Shown in pieces: positions 1-16,209 of a stretch of DNA of 64,000 nt. Source of the stretch: Octopus vulgaris (taxonomy: Eukaryota); contig OX597826.1 in the NCBI GenBank assembly GCA_951406725.2, forward strand, positions 21,142,001-21,206,000. The letters run 5' to 3'. The position numbers were made by a program, and so were the translations under genes. The first letter of the stretch is position 1, and each line of letters starts with the position of its first letter. The notes beneath the pieces are model-generated. The model did no database searches. It was not told the origin of the DNA and was given only the letters and a program-made list of their open reading frames with translations.

Positions 1-319
1 CCGCCCCATCACTAAATTCAGCTGCCAACTTTTGATGAAGCTGGAGCGTCACCCGCGAATGTAGCAATCATGTCAGCACGAATGTCCTTCGCAATATTGA
101 ACCCTTTTTTTTCTACTTCAAAACAGCACGATGCCAACTTTTGTCGATTTTCAAGACAAGTCACTGCTAATTACATTCGAAGTGTTCTTTGTGTCAGTTT
201 ACCTGGAATGAAACAATGCAGTTATTAATAAGAAGAACAGAAATTCATGCATGCAAGATTTCACAGCTCTACCATCACTCCTTCATAGTCAGCCAATGAA
301 CTTTTCAGTTCACCCTCGT

Positions 320-2215
<1,896 letters not shown>

Positions 2216-2539
2216 GGGAGTTATAGAAGAGAAAAAACTAAAAAATAACATAAAAAGGGACAACGAAAGGTTAAAATGTGTGTGTATTTGTTAGTACGTG
2301 TGTATATATGTATATGTAAATGTGTATGTAAGTACTTATGCGTATATTCGTGTGTATAATAACTTAAATAAACAATCCTTTACACACCTAGATGACCACA
2401 TACCAAGCCATACAATTCCCATTCGTGTGTGTGTGTATGTGTGTGTGTGTGTGATACATACACAGCTAAAATTCTGTAGATATGTATATTTATGTATGTG
2501 TGTTTGAATGCATACATGAATAGATAATGGTTAAAAAAG

Positions 2540-3370
<831 letters not shown>

Positions 3371-3554
3371 GTTTCTATATACGAGTTCTGCATATGATAT
3401 TATAGAAAGGCGTACTTTGCTTACGACTGCAGTGTTGTATACGATTAACCTTAACCTTTAGTCTAACAATATCCATGTCGTGTCACGTGAGTTAGACGTC
3501 GACCCAAATATATTACAGTGAGTGTATGTTTAGCGCACTTAGTGATTTTTTTGC

Positions 3555-4095
3555 AACTTGAACAATGAACGATTGAAAGAAAAATGTTAGTTTGAATTTT
3601 CTTTCAAATTAGAAAACCTTGCAGGAAGTTTTTTCTAAGGTTGCAACAGTCCAGTTGGGTGTGGGGCATTAGGGTTAGGGTTCAAAGAAGGAGCCTGCTG
3701 ATAGATGAAAAGGAAGAGGATTCAGTTACAGTCAGTCACAGTTAGACTCAATCAGTCGGTCAGTCACGATCCGTCAGTCAGTCACAATCAGCCAGTTGCA
3801 GAGATCTTCAGAACGGTGATGAAAACTTTCTTGAAATGCCCATAGCAGTTGACACAAGTTGGCTGTGAGTTTACCATGTTGAAGCAGAAAGGCGCTCAAT
3901 GCAGGGAGCTGGATCATCGACTCCACGATCAAACAAAACTCATCACAGTCGCTCAAAAGTGATAATACTTTTGCATAGGAAGGCATCGTTTCCTGTAACA
4001 ATATTGTCTATGACCAGACGAATAATAAAGGGTATCACTTGAATGTTTTGAAAGGTTTGAGAGGGGTAGTACAAAAGAAAGGGTCCGAGGTTTAG
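3555..4095 (+). mobile_element. Highly decayed mariner transposase fragment
   Basis: Broken translations FSFKLEN, DENFLEMPIAVDTSW, PRSNKTHHSRSKVIILF and EGIV..DQTNNKGYHLNVLKGLRGVVQKKG parallel mariner KFCFKLGK, FL..IITGDETW and GQTVN..YY..VL.RLR..V..KRP. Confidence 0.65.
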
Positions 4096-4193
4096 AAAAG
4101 CAAATACACAATGAGAATTCCTCAACTATTTACACGCGTATATTTACATGTAGATACATAATACTTACATGCATACATACATACATACATACA

Positions 4194-4224
<31 letters not shown>

Positions 4225-4324
4225 TAATTAATGGTTGATTTTATGGCATAATAAAAATAACTTTACATTAAACTGAATGATAACCTATCTCTTTGCAGAG
4301 TACATATTATATATATATATATAT

Positions 4325-4465
4325 CCCGTAACTTAGCGTTTCGGCAAAAGAGACCGATAGAATAAGTACTAGGCTTACAAAGAATAAGACCTGGGGTTGA
4401 TTTGCTCGACTAAAGGCGGTGTTCCAGCATGGCCGCAGTCAAATGACTGAAACAAATAAAAGAAT
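4325..4465 (+). mobile_element. SINE family A, 3' half
   Basis: CCCGTAACTTAGCG..TCGGCAAAAGAGACCGATAGAATAAGTACT..AAGGCGGTG..CCAGCATGGCCGCAGTCAAATGACTGAAACA. Confidence 0.8.
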
Positions 4466-4502
4466 TTAGAGATATATATGTATATATACACACATACACA
4501 CA

Positions 4503-4557
<55 letters not shown>

Positions 4558-4766
4558 ACAGTTTATTGCTTAAGCACTCCTAACTGCGGGACACCTATGA
4601 TCTCATGCACATATAACATTAAGTTATGGCGTCTTGAAACAGCTGTCGGAATAACACTTTACATAACTTTGTTCTTCCGTTTTTTTCCTTATTCTGTAAT
4701 CTGTATTTTGTGGTCCATGTAAATATAGGTCTCAAGCCACTATATATATAAATATACACATACCAC

Positions 4767-4823
<57 letters not shown>

Positions 4824-4941
4824 AATGAGTGGATAAACGAAAGAAGGGCACTCAACAAATTTATTGGAAGTTGCATGTATGGATCAAAACAGTTTGATCC
4901 ATACCAGACTGTTTTGATCTATATTATATTTGTGTGTGTGA

Positions 4942-4989
<48 letters not shown>

Positions 4990-5427
4990 ATATAGAAATA
5001 GGAATTAGAAACAGGGCTAGTATTTAAAACATTATCGAACACGCATACACGATCTATGGACTTTCCTTGTCCGTGCTGCTTCTAATCTATATTTATTCCT
5101 ATGTATACATCGTGCTGACATACCAACAGATGTTTCTTTCCCCCACCCCCCACCCCATTTTAGATATATTCATAGACTGGCGATTCAGTTTGCCTCCAAT
5201 GCAGTTCATGTACGTGATGTTCATAAGATACAAAACTGTCAAAACATCGATGACCATCGCTCCTGAATGAAACTCACAGTGATTTTTCTCGCCGCTCTAT
5301 GATTTCAGGTGTTTAAAAACTCGGCGCTTTGAGCGAGTCATTTCCACCGCGTCAGATTGCAGCCAAACGGCGAATAAGCGGTGTTCTGGTATTGTGAATG
5401 TGTGCTCGATAATATATACATATATTC

Positions 5428-5531
<104 letters not shown>

Positions 5532-5901
5532 ATACATACATACATACATACATACATACATACATACATACATACATACACACACATAATTATACATATA
5601 TATAATCAAAGAAATAAGTGCTTTTGATTTAATTAACGAGAGAATAAACTTCCACCAAGACGTCAGTCACTTGCCAATAATATACATTATGTGTGTGTAT
5701 GTGTATGTGTGTGTGTGTGTATGTGTGTGTGAGTATATACACGCATACATATATACATATACATTATATATATAAATATTCACAATGTTTCAGCTAGAGT
5801 ATCTGAACGAAATGACAAAATGGTTTAATTAAAATCCCATACCTCTTACATACACCGATATACCCATACACACACATACACGCATATGCACCCACATGCG
5901 C

Positions 5902-5954
<53 letters not shown>

Positions 5955-6123
5955 ATTTAAGCTATCATCTTGAGAAAGAAGTATTTTGACATTTATTCGC
6001 CTGTACTGTGGTTGACCTGCAAATATCTTTCCATATCAAACGAAACGTTTTTAGATCATGACTTGTAAACTCATTGACTTCTGACCTCACATCATACGGC
6101 TTCAGGGAGGGCAACAGCGTGTG

Positions 6124-6205
<82 letters not shown>

Positions 6206-6413
6206 TATATATACATGTTTACATATATATATATATATATACATGTTTACATATATATATATATATACATATGTACATATATGTACATAAGGTCAGTGCC
6301 TTAAAGCATTCAAGTCAATGTATGTGTGTTTGCGTCTGTGTGATTTTATTTTTGTCACTAAAAGAAAGTATTTCCGTTGGGCATATGTAGTTTGTAGCAG
6401 ACGATATACGTAC

Positions 6414-6527
<114 letters not shown>

Positions 6528-6608
6528 ATGAAAGTATGTATGTATGCATATACACAAAGACGTACATTTAAGCACACAAGCAAACACAAAAACATCCACA
6601 TTAGTATA

Positions 6609-6650
<42 letters not shown>

Positions 6651-6691
6651 TATTTATATATATATATATGAATATTTATATACATATATAC

Positions 6692-6729
<38 letters not shown>

Positions 6730-7686
6730 GTGTATGTGTGTGTATGTATATACACGTATATATGTATATATTTAGACATACATACATGCATACATATACA
6801 CATATGCATATACACGCACATATACACAAGTAAATTGTAAATATATACAACTGTACGTATGTGTGTATGTATGTATGTATATATGTAGGTAGGGAGGTAG
6901 GTAGGCAGGTAGGTAGGTAGGTAGGTAGGTAGGCAGGTATAGGTATTTGCTTTGTGAGCGGAGTAATATCCCTGCTGATGTCCCTATTATTGTTGTTGTT
7001 ATTTTGTTTCCGATTGTTTTGTTTTCTTCTTTATCTTTGAGAGAAGTCATCGTTCCGTTGTCCGGCGACGACCCAAAGACGTGTCAGGTAAAACTGTATC
7101 AGATTTCTTCACCGATGGCACCCCATCTCCACCCCCTTGTTGTATTCATTTAATCCGGCAACAAATCTCTTCTGTAATATTGAACGCTGCTATTTATATA
7201 ATCACTTTTACACCAAACGAAATTATTTCTAATCTCTGCCCTTCCAACCCCAACACCTCAATCCCCCACCCCTACCCGGGTGTCTGCTTATCTAAAATTT
7301 CTATTTACCTTGGAAACAATTTCTTACACCCAAAGCCTTCACACACACACCCACCGCCGCCTCCATGTCCCGGTGTTCAATCCGTTCGTTTGTTTCGCAA
7401 GTGAAATCCCGTACAACAGTTCGGATGACGGAAGTTGCAAGACGGTCGATGGTGAGATGGTGGTGGTCGTCGTCCTCGTGGAGCGGCGGTAGTGGTGGTG
7501 GTGGTAGTGGTGGTGTTACATGTTTATAAACTGCACTCTATGACAAAACAAGGAACCAACGGTTTATGGTATGCTTGAAACAACAGTCAAACCTCACTCA
7601 GATCAGACTCTGTGGAGAGAAACAGGATGCACTGGATAGTGTAATCCTAGATAGACCATGCCTGAAATTAGGTAAAACGGTAATGG

Positions 7687-7900
7687 AAGGCGGCGAGCTG
7701 GCAGAAACGTCGGGCGAAATGCATAGCGGTATTTCATCTGCGTTACGTTGTGAGTTCAAATTCCGCCGAGGTCGACTTTGCCTTTCATCCTTTCGGGGTC
7801 GATAAATTAAGTACCAGTTACGCACTGGGGTCTATGTAATCGACTTAATACCTATGTCTGTCTTTGTTTGTCCCCTCTATGTGGGTAATAAAGAAATAGG
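7687..7900 (+). mobile_element. SINE family B
   Basis: AAGGCGGCGAGCTGGCAGAA..GAGTTCAAATTCCGCCGAGGTCGACTTTGCCTTTCATCCTTTCGGGGTCGATAAATTAAGTACCAGT. A B-box-like GTTCAAATTCC is present and the family recurs in the window. Confidence 0.8.
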
Positions 7901-8119
7901 TAATGGAAGGGATAGTTTTGGTGATCTGGGGTCTGCCCCGTCAAACAACAACATATCAACTATTGCGTGTGTGTACGCGCGCGCACGTGTGTGTGTATGT
8001 GTGTGCAGTGTGTGTGTGTGCGCGCGCGCGCGCGTGTATGCACGTAGCAAAAGGCCCTTCGAAGTACTCATCTCTTTCACTGATTTTCATATATATGCAT
8101 ATATCTATCTATCTATCTA

Positions 8120-8159
<40 letters not shown>

Positions 8160-8160
<1 letters not shown>

Positions 8161-8672
8161 TAGCAGTATCGCCCGGCGTTGCTCGGGTTTGTAAGGGAAA
8201 TAACTATATAAGCATTTTTAGAGAGTTACTTCCTTTATAGATGCCAATTCGGGCTTTCTTAGCCATTTCTGTTTTGGTGTCTTCAAGCCATGAAGTCGTT
8301 GTTCTAAAAGAACGCTGGTCTCCTTGACAACGCATTACGATGTTGATTTCCTTACACTCCCTTCCCCACAGCTTCACGAGGGAGGGAAGAAGGGGGAGAA
8401 GCAAACAGGTGCAGGTGTGACCATGGACGCCAACTCCGCCGCCATCGACACACGAAAAATTATGCATTAAAATGGAATAAAAAATGATGTTAAATTATTT
8501 TTAAAATCGTAGACGCATCGTAGACGCGCGCTAATACCCAGACGGGCTCGATATGAATCACGACTATAAGATACCCGAATTTGGTTAAACTGCACCGCAA
8601 AATGTGGGAGGAGTTAGGAATCTAAATCGTAGGAGACAGACACTCACACAACTACAGTTTTATATATATAGA
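8160..8672 (-). mobile_element. Non-autonomous Helitron
   Basis: Minus strand reads A|TCTATATATATAAAAC ... CCCGAGCAACGCCGGG (hairpin) CGATACTGCTAG|T. This gives 5' TC, 3' CTAG, a subterminal hairpin, an AT target and no TSD. Confidence 0.85.
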
Positions 8673-8703
8673 TATATATAGATATATATATATAGAGAGA
8701 GAG

Positions 8704-8783
<80 letters not shown>

Positions 8784-8869
8784 CGTTGTCTTCCCTTAGT
8801 TGACAGGTGTTACAAGAGACGTTGTTGTTGTTGTTACTGATGCTGCTGATGCTGTTGTTATTTTTTAAC

Positions 8870-9260
8870 GTCAACTCAGCGCCCCTTGAGCAGACCTATA
8901 ACCAAAGGCAACCCGATCATGACCATCCATTATAATTACAAACATATATATGTATGTATATTGTGTAATTCTATATGACTAGCTCTACTCCGTATCCTTT
9001 TTAATCGTAGGTTAGCCATAATCGAGCTGACCTATAATCGAAGGCATTCCAACCATGACCTTTGCATATTTTCGTTCCGGTAAGCGGATTATATTTCCTA
9101 TTGGTAATGTATCCTGTGATGGGATTTGGTTGCTAATCCTAGCAAGTCGAGGTTACTCTCAACATTATTCCTGTTTTTGTTTTTTAGCTCAGGGTGAAAC
9201 CTACTCTTTAACACCTGTGATCAAAGATTTTCCGGCCGTGGCCATCGCATCTTTTTCCTA
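8870..9260 (+). repeat. Three tandem decayed copies of an interspersed repeat (family D)
   Basis: GAGCAGACCTATRATCAAAGGCATTCCAGCCATGACCATC-like core at ~8890, ~9023 and ~9210. Related copies at ~23800-23970, 27960-28160, 33715-33770 and reverse at 60490-60670. Confidence 0.6.
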
Positions 9261-10124
9261 CATGCATGGAAGGACAACGTGCCCAACATCTTTTCTAAGA
9301 TGGTGACGGAGATGGGCAGCCTCGCTTTGGTGGAGATTGACGCTTATCTGCTGCACTTCGAACGACCATGTAAATTGTATTGACACCTTATTGGTGTTTG
9401 GTGCCAACCTGTTAGTGATTGGTAGACAGATGGGATGCAGAAGTCTGCAAATTATTCTAAAGGACAGGCTGACGAGTGAAGAAGAATGTGCAAGTGTTTA
9501 ACAGATGTTTAAGAGAAACGGTAACATCTGTTCTTGTGGCAGAATGACCAGGGTAACAGAAGATGGTTGTTCAGACATGAATCAGGAAGGCCGTGGGGTG
9601 GGGGATGAATAAGCAGGGAAGAGCTTTGTCATCGTGAGAGAATGATGTCGTTCTTTGGGTCAATTAAATATTTTGGTCAGCATCAAAAGACACCATTTTT
9701 AAATGTAGTAACATCAATTCATTAACAATTATTAATTAACCGGCAACCGATGATTAATAACAGTTTCAGTTTTGTTGCTCTTCTTGCTGTTGTTCTTGCT
9801 GCCGCTGTTGCTGTTGTTACTATTTAATATGTTGTCACATCGCGCATGAGGTGTTGTTATTGACATGATGATGATGGTGGCGAGGAGTGAAAGTGGGGGA
9901 GGAATCCCCTTGAGTTGCTCATTTATTTAATTCCACCACCGCCTCCACCACCCACGTCATCGTGATTCTTTTACAAACTTAGATGCAACCAAATACTCAC
10001 GCCTCCCACCATCACCACCACCAACACCACCACGAACCTAACAACCCTCACACTCTCACCACTCCCCATTAGTGCTGCTTTCATTACCTCTTCTTCTTAT
10101 TGTCGTTGTTGTTATTGTTATTAT

Positions 10125-10980
10125 TCATATACACTCAACAGTTTAGACTGTTGGAAAAGAAAAGAATCCTAACATCAGACTACAACAAGTAACCTTAGAT
10201 GCCAAGAACCCTCCTAAGTATCCTAGCTGTCCCTAATAACACTGTTTTCTGCAGCTGTACTAAACTGGGTTTTACGCCTGTTTCCTTTATCCATCTGTTC
10301 AGATCTTTAGGGATAATTTCCAATGCACTTATAACTACTGGGATACATTTTACCCGCACTTTCCATAGTCTCTGTAATTCAACAGTTAGTTCTGGTACTT
10401 TGCTATTTTTTCTACACCTCTCATATTGATTTTTTCATCATTTGAGACTGTAAAGTCAATTATCTGGTATTTTCTATCCACTACTACCAAATCAGACCTT
10501 CTAGCTTCTATTACTCTGTCAGTCTGAATTCCCACAACATCTTGTATTTCTTACTTTCTAGTACTTTACTAGGTTCCTCTCCAAACCATTTATCAGTATG
10601 TTCAAATCCTAGCTTTCTACAAAGCTCCCTGTAGATTGCTCTCCCTAGACTGTCATGTCTTTTCTTGGATTTTTTTCAGTGCCAGCATACTACATTCACT
10701 TACTATATGAGTAACGCTTTCCTCTTTAGATTTGCATAATCTACATTGGGAATCTACTTGGTTTTTGTCTATCTTGGTGTTGGATATTCAATTAGTCCTT
10801 CAAGCTTGATCTTGTGAAGCTACTAACAAACATTTTGTCTCTCGCTTTAGCTCTCCTTTCTGCAGCCATAACCATGCCTCACTACTACTATTTGCCGAAA
10901 CTGCCTTTGGAAATCTACCATGCAACGCCTTCTCCTAGCAGTCAGATAATTTCTGTTCTTTTTCTGGTTTTTAAGTTCGT
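10125..10980 (-). mobile_element. 3' fragment of RLE-type non-LTR retrotransposon (R4/Dong-like)
   Basis: Minus-strand translation gives CRLCKSKEESVTHIVSEC (CCHC), RHDSLGRAIY, EARRSDLVVVD..IIDFTV and LQKTVLLGTARILRRVLG. Confidence 0.8.
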
Positions 10981-11022
10981 TTGGTGTTTATTATTATTAT
11001 TTCGTTTGGTGTTGTTTATTAA

Positions 11023-11079
<57 letters not shown>

Positions 11080-11537
11080 CATCATCATCATCATCATTAT
11101 TATTATTTTCTTTCAGCCATAGAATGTCGTGCCTGTTAAGGTACACTGACATGCTGGCAATCTGACATGCTGGCATTCTGATATTCTGTAATTCCTTTCA
11201 TTCTCCCATTCTGACGATCTTACAGCAGAAGAAGGACCACCTTTCACCATTTGTCTGTCTTTATGATGAAGAGGGCAACAAGATAGGTGTGAAAGTGGAA
11301 ATGGGGGGTGCGGCAGGGAGAAGAGGGTGATAAAAGGAGGGGGAAGAGCGAGGGGGGAAGAAGCATAGAACGAGAAATTTATCCAACATCAAGTCATCCG
11401 GTATACATGTGTGTGTATATATATGTATATATATGTGGGGGTTTATGTATGTATATTTGTCTGTAAGTATAGCGATAGCCATGATGGAAAAATTCTAAGA
11501 GTCTCTGTGTGTGTGTGTATGTGTGTGTGTGTGTGTG

Positions 11538-11628
<91 letters not shown>

Positions 11629-11768
11629 TGTGTGCCGTAGCATTGAATAATCACCTTCGTACCTGGAAATACATTTATTCCACAAAATCCATTAAATACT
11701 CTTTCTGAAATAAATACATCTATATATTCATATAAATACATGCATGTCTGTGTCAGTGTGTGTGTGTG

Positions 11769-11857
<89 letters not shown>

Positions 11858-11883
11858 CTCATGTATGTATGTATAACTATACA

Positions 11884-12073
11884 TATATTTATGTATATAC
11901 CTATATATATATATATGTACACATATCTATACATAAGTAAGTACACACACACACAAACATATATATATATTTATATATATATATATATTCATATATACAT
12001 ATATATATATATATATATGAATATATATATATATATATGTGTGTGTGTGTACTTACTTATGTATAGATATGTG

Positions 12074-12133
<60 letters not shown>

Positions 12134-12148
12134 TATATACATAAATAT
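11884..12148. repeat. Imperfect palindrome built from microsatellite plus unique spacers
   Basis: ATTTATGTATATACCTATA / TATAGGTATATACATAAAT and CACATATCTATACATAAGTAAGTACACAC / GTGTGTACTTACTTATGTATAGATATGTG are mirrored about ~12000. Confidence 0.85.
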
Positions 12149-12848
12149 ACAGAGGCAAAGGAATATACTGACAGACAAGTAAGAAGGGAGAGATATGGAC
12201 ACGCCCTTCACAATGTATATTCCTTTGCCTCTGTGTATGTGTGTATGTGTGTGTGAGTATGTGTGTGTGTGCGTGCGCGCGTGCGCATGTGTGTGTCCAA
12301 ATATCTGTCCACTATCAACCACTGTCACATCCAACATAAAACATTATTATGCTTTTTGCAATTGTCGTTGTCGGTCCCATCCTCACCATCACCACCAGTC
12401 CAACTGCCAGCTTTATCTTAATGGCGTTTTAACACCAACAATGACATTACAGACCAAACTACTTACTTAATCTAATAGTCTTTACAAACCTATTCACTTC
12501 TCTAATAAGGAATCTCCCACAGGATTAACAGCCAAGTTATTCACTGGACAGCTTTTAGAATGTCACAGAGGTACGGTGGGGAGGGGTAACCCGAGGGCCT
12601 CGAATGATGCATTCATACATCGCCTTGGTCATTCACTCTAATCTTTTGTCTCTGTTGATTCGAAAGATCGACATCTGTAATAAATAGAATCGCATTGATT
12701 TTTCACTCTCTCCATCAACAACTCTCTCTCTCTCTCTTTTTACTTTCTCTTTTTTTCGTAATGAAGTGTTTATATTCGAGTGTTGACATGATATGTATAC
12801 ACGCACACACACACACATACGTATATATATATATATGTGTGTGTGTAT

Positions 12849-12896
<48 letters not shown>

Positions 12897-12900
12897 GTCT

Positions 12901-12960
<60 letters not shown>

Positions 12961-13266
12961 AGGGAGAATTCACAAAAAAACAAAAGACAAAGACAGGTGG
13001 TGTAGACAACAAACAGATGTATTTAATGCTCGGGAAGTGAAAAAGTCTTTAACGTTTCGAGCCACAGAAAGGAACACAGAAAGAAACAAGGAGAGAAAAT
13101 ATGTGTGTGTATGTGAGCATATATATAAATATATATATATAAATGCATATATATGTGTGTGTGTGTGTATGTATATGTATATGTTGTACATACATGTGTG
13201 TGTACATACATACGCACATTCATTCTCATATATGTACGTGTGTGTGTGTATGTGTGTGTGTGTGTA

Positions 13267-13341
<75 letters not shown>

Positions 13342-14377
13342 GTACGTGTACATGCGGAAGCAAAGAGCGGTCGAGACATGAAAAGCAGAAAAACGTGATT
13401 GGTTGGCCATTGGAAACTGTTGCTCAATTCCGCTAGAATTCGCCAGTTATGAGATAAAATAAAAGATATTTAGATATTAGTCTTCTTTACAACATCCACT
13501 ACACCCATGACGAAACGCCTCATCAAGAAGAATATCAATGTCCACTTTTGTCAATTTTAGGAATTTTTTTTTAATATTTTTAAAATGGTGAATGTTGGAT
13601 ATTGCTTTAGCAAAATATGACGATGGTAAAAGGCTCGGAACTGCTGTTGTAAGTTATAATGGAAGATATGGCTGAAGCAGGAAAGGCTCCCTGCATATCT
13701 AAATATGAGTTAAAACTGATTGTTAAATGCCAACGTAGCATGTCGATAGGCGTCGACATTTCGTGGCTGTCCCTATATTACCTGATCTGAAGGTGTGGAA
13801 CATACCTTTCTAGAATTACACCATAGAATATCGTTTATTCACGGTAAATATGTAATGGAGACGGTTGAAAAGAAAACGAGTCGAAGTTTCTGATAACTTA
13901 TCTGAAAGCCACAGTAATAAACACTGACACACAAAGCCGTCAATGAAATAGTTTCTACTTATTTTAGGCATGTATTTTTCAGATTTAGCGCGTATTTAAC
14001 TACAATTTGATATATGCTTTAATAAATCTTATATAATTAAATTATATACTATAAATATAATTCAAGGGAACCTAGATCATTAGTTTTATGTATCTCACTC
14101 ATCGGGGTCAATGAAAGTAGACTAAAATCATATGTGTATATTATAGAAGTGGGGGGGGTGCGGAAAATGCTTCATCATGGCTATGGCTGCCATGTGTGAA
14201 GGAAAGAGCAAAGTTGAGAGAGAGAGCAGTGAAATAAAACAAGATGGCTGGTGTTTTGGTTGAAGTGGTTACAGCTGCATACAATATCACGAGGTACACA
14301 TCACCCGACGCGGTACCGGCATGGGGAACGGGAGGAAAAGATGTGTGCGTGCGCGCGCGCGTGTGTTTGTATGTATG

Positions 14378-14437
<60 letters not shown>

Positions 14438-14854
14438 CCATATATACATATATATATATACATAGATACAAACATACATAGGCTGATGAAATAAATCACG
14501 CATCGATTTACGGAAACAAACCCAATTGTAGCGCCAAGAAGTCTTCATAAATATTTGTTTTGTGTAATTTTAATAAAGAATTCAACTTAGTTTCACATTT
14601 ATCATGGGGAAAAATTGCTGCACCTCAAAATATTCTAACTTATTGGTCATTATTTATTAAGCAGCTTGTAATGAATGCGTCTGAGGTTAGACCAGCCACA
14701 ATGTCTTATCTTTAACACTTGTTTGCCCAGTGCACAGAAACTATGCTAATTCTAGACACCATGGCTGACGAGAGGCATTCTATGTCTTTCCATTAATCGT
14801 TTTCTATTTCGTTTCACTTTGATGTTAATTATTAGTCTATATACTCACATAAAC

Positions 14855-14902
14855 AGACTGACAGACACGCAGACAGACAGACACGCAGACAGACAGACAG
14901 AC

Positions 14903-14985
<83 letters not shown>

Positions 14986-15003
14986 CCAACAGAGAGACAG
15001 ACT

Positions 15004-15036
<33 letters not shown>

Positions 15037-15037
15037 T

Positions 15038-15113
<76 letters not shown>

Positions 15114-15168
15114 CCAACAGAGAGACAGACTGATAGACAGACATACAGACAGATAGATAGATAGATAT

Positions 15169-15252
<84 letters not shown>

Positions 15253-15282
15253 GCAGACAGGCAGACAGACAGACAGACAGAC

Positions 15283-15374
<92 letters not shown>

Positions 15375-15375
15375 G
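14855..15375. repeat. Compound (GATA)/(GACA) array with a 128 bp internal duplication
   Basis: CCAACAGAGAGACAGACTGA at 14986 and 15114. Confidence 0.9.
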
Positions 15376-16069
15376 TAATTATTTGCGTAGTATCAAACCA
15401 CCCTTACAAACCTGTATATATTTTATCGATCCCAGAAGGATGGAAACACAAGTACACCTCGGCTGTATTATAAACTTAAAACAGAGTTGTAACTAAACAC
15501 CACAAGGTATTCTATGCGTCTCTGGTTCCTAGTCGTGGGGTGATTAGAAAAGATCCCGCCATATTATCAAAGATGCTGCTAACCGTCCATCACACGTTTA
15601 TGTTTTAAAAATCCAGCTCCAATTTAAGATAAAACAGAATATTTTGAGACATTTTAAACTTTTCTTAGTTTGAAAAAAAAAATGATAAACCTGATTAATA
15701 AAGGATATAATAATCATTTTTAGTTTTAATTCTTTTTTTTTATATCGTTTGCTTAACTTTGTTTCTGTTTACAAGTTTCTACAGTACGATGTTTAGATTT
15801 TCGTCATTAGATGAGACGAAGACATGTGTTTTTGATTTGAGTAACGAGATCTGAGTATGAGAAAACTGCTTTATCAGAATGGCTCTTCAGTTTACACTAG
15901 AGAGCAAATTTAAAGAATGCGAAGCAAGCATATAACATCACAGTATGTGTGCAGCGGCACCGGATAAAGACGGATTTAGACGTTCATTGTTGTTTGGTCA
16001 GCTTCAAAATACTTGCTTCAAGTAGTTTTTGAAAAAGAACTTTAGAACTGGTCCACCAAAAGTATTTGT

Positions 16070-16209
<140 letters not shown>

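Noticed and set aside
3445-3682. Telomeric repeats (TTAACC x2, TTAGGG x2)
   Set aside because: Only two units each, which is not enough for an interstitial telomere call.
4576-4652. Possible Penelope-type hammerhead ACTCC..GGGACACC..GGCGTCTT-GAAAC-AGCT-GTC-GGAAT
   Set aside because: The 3' half fits a minimal hammerhead, but the CTGANGA core is not recognisable (CTAACTG). At best a dead relic.
14481-14536. Hammerhead-like CTGATGA..TAAATC/GATTTA..GAAACAA..TTGTA
   Set aside because: The core is present, but the stem II closing pair (A/G) and the first stem I pair (G/G) are mismatched. Probably chance.
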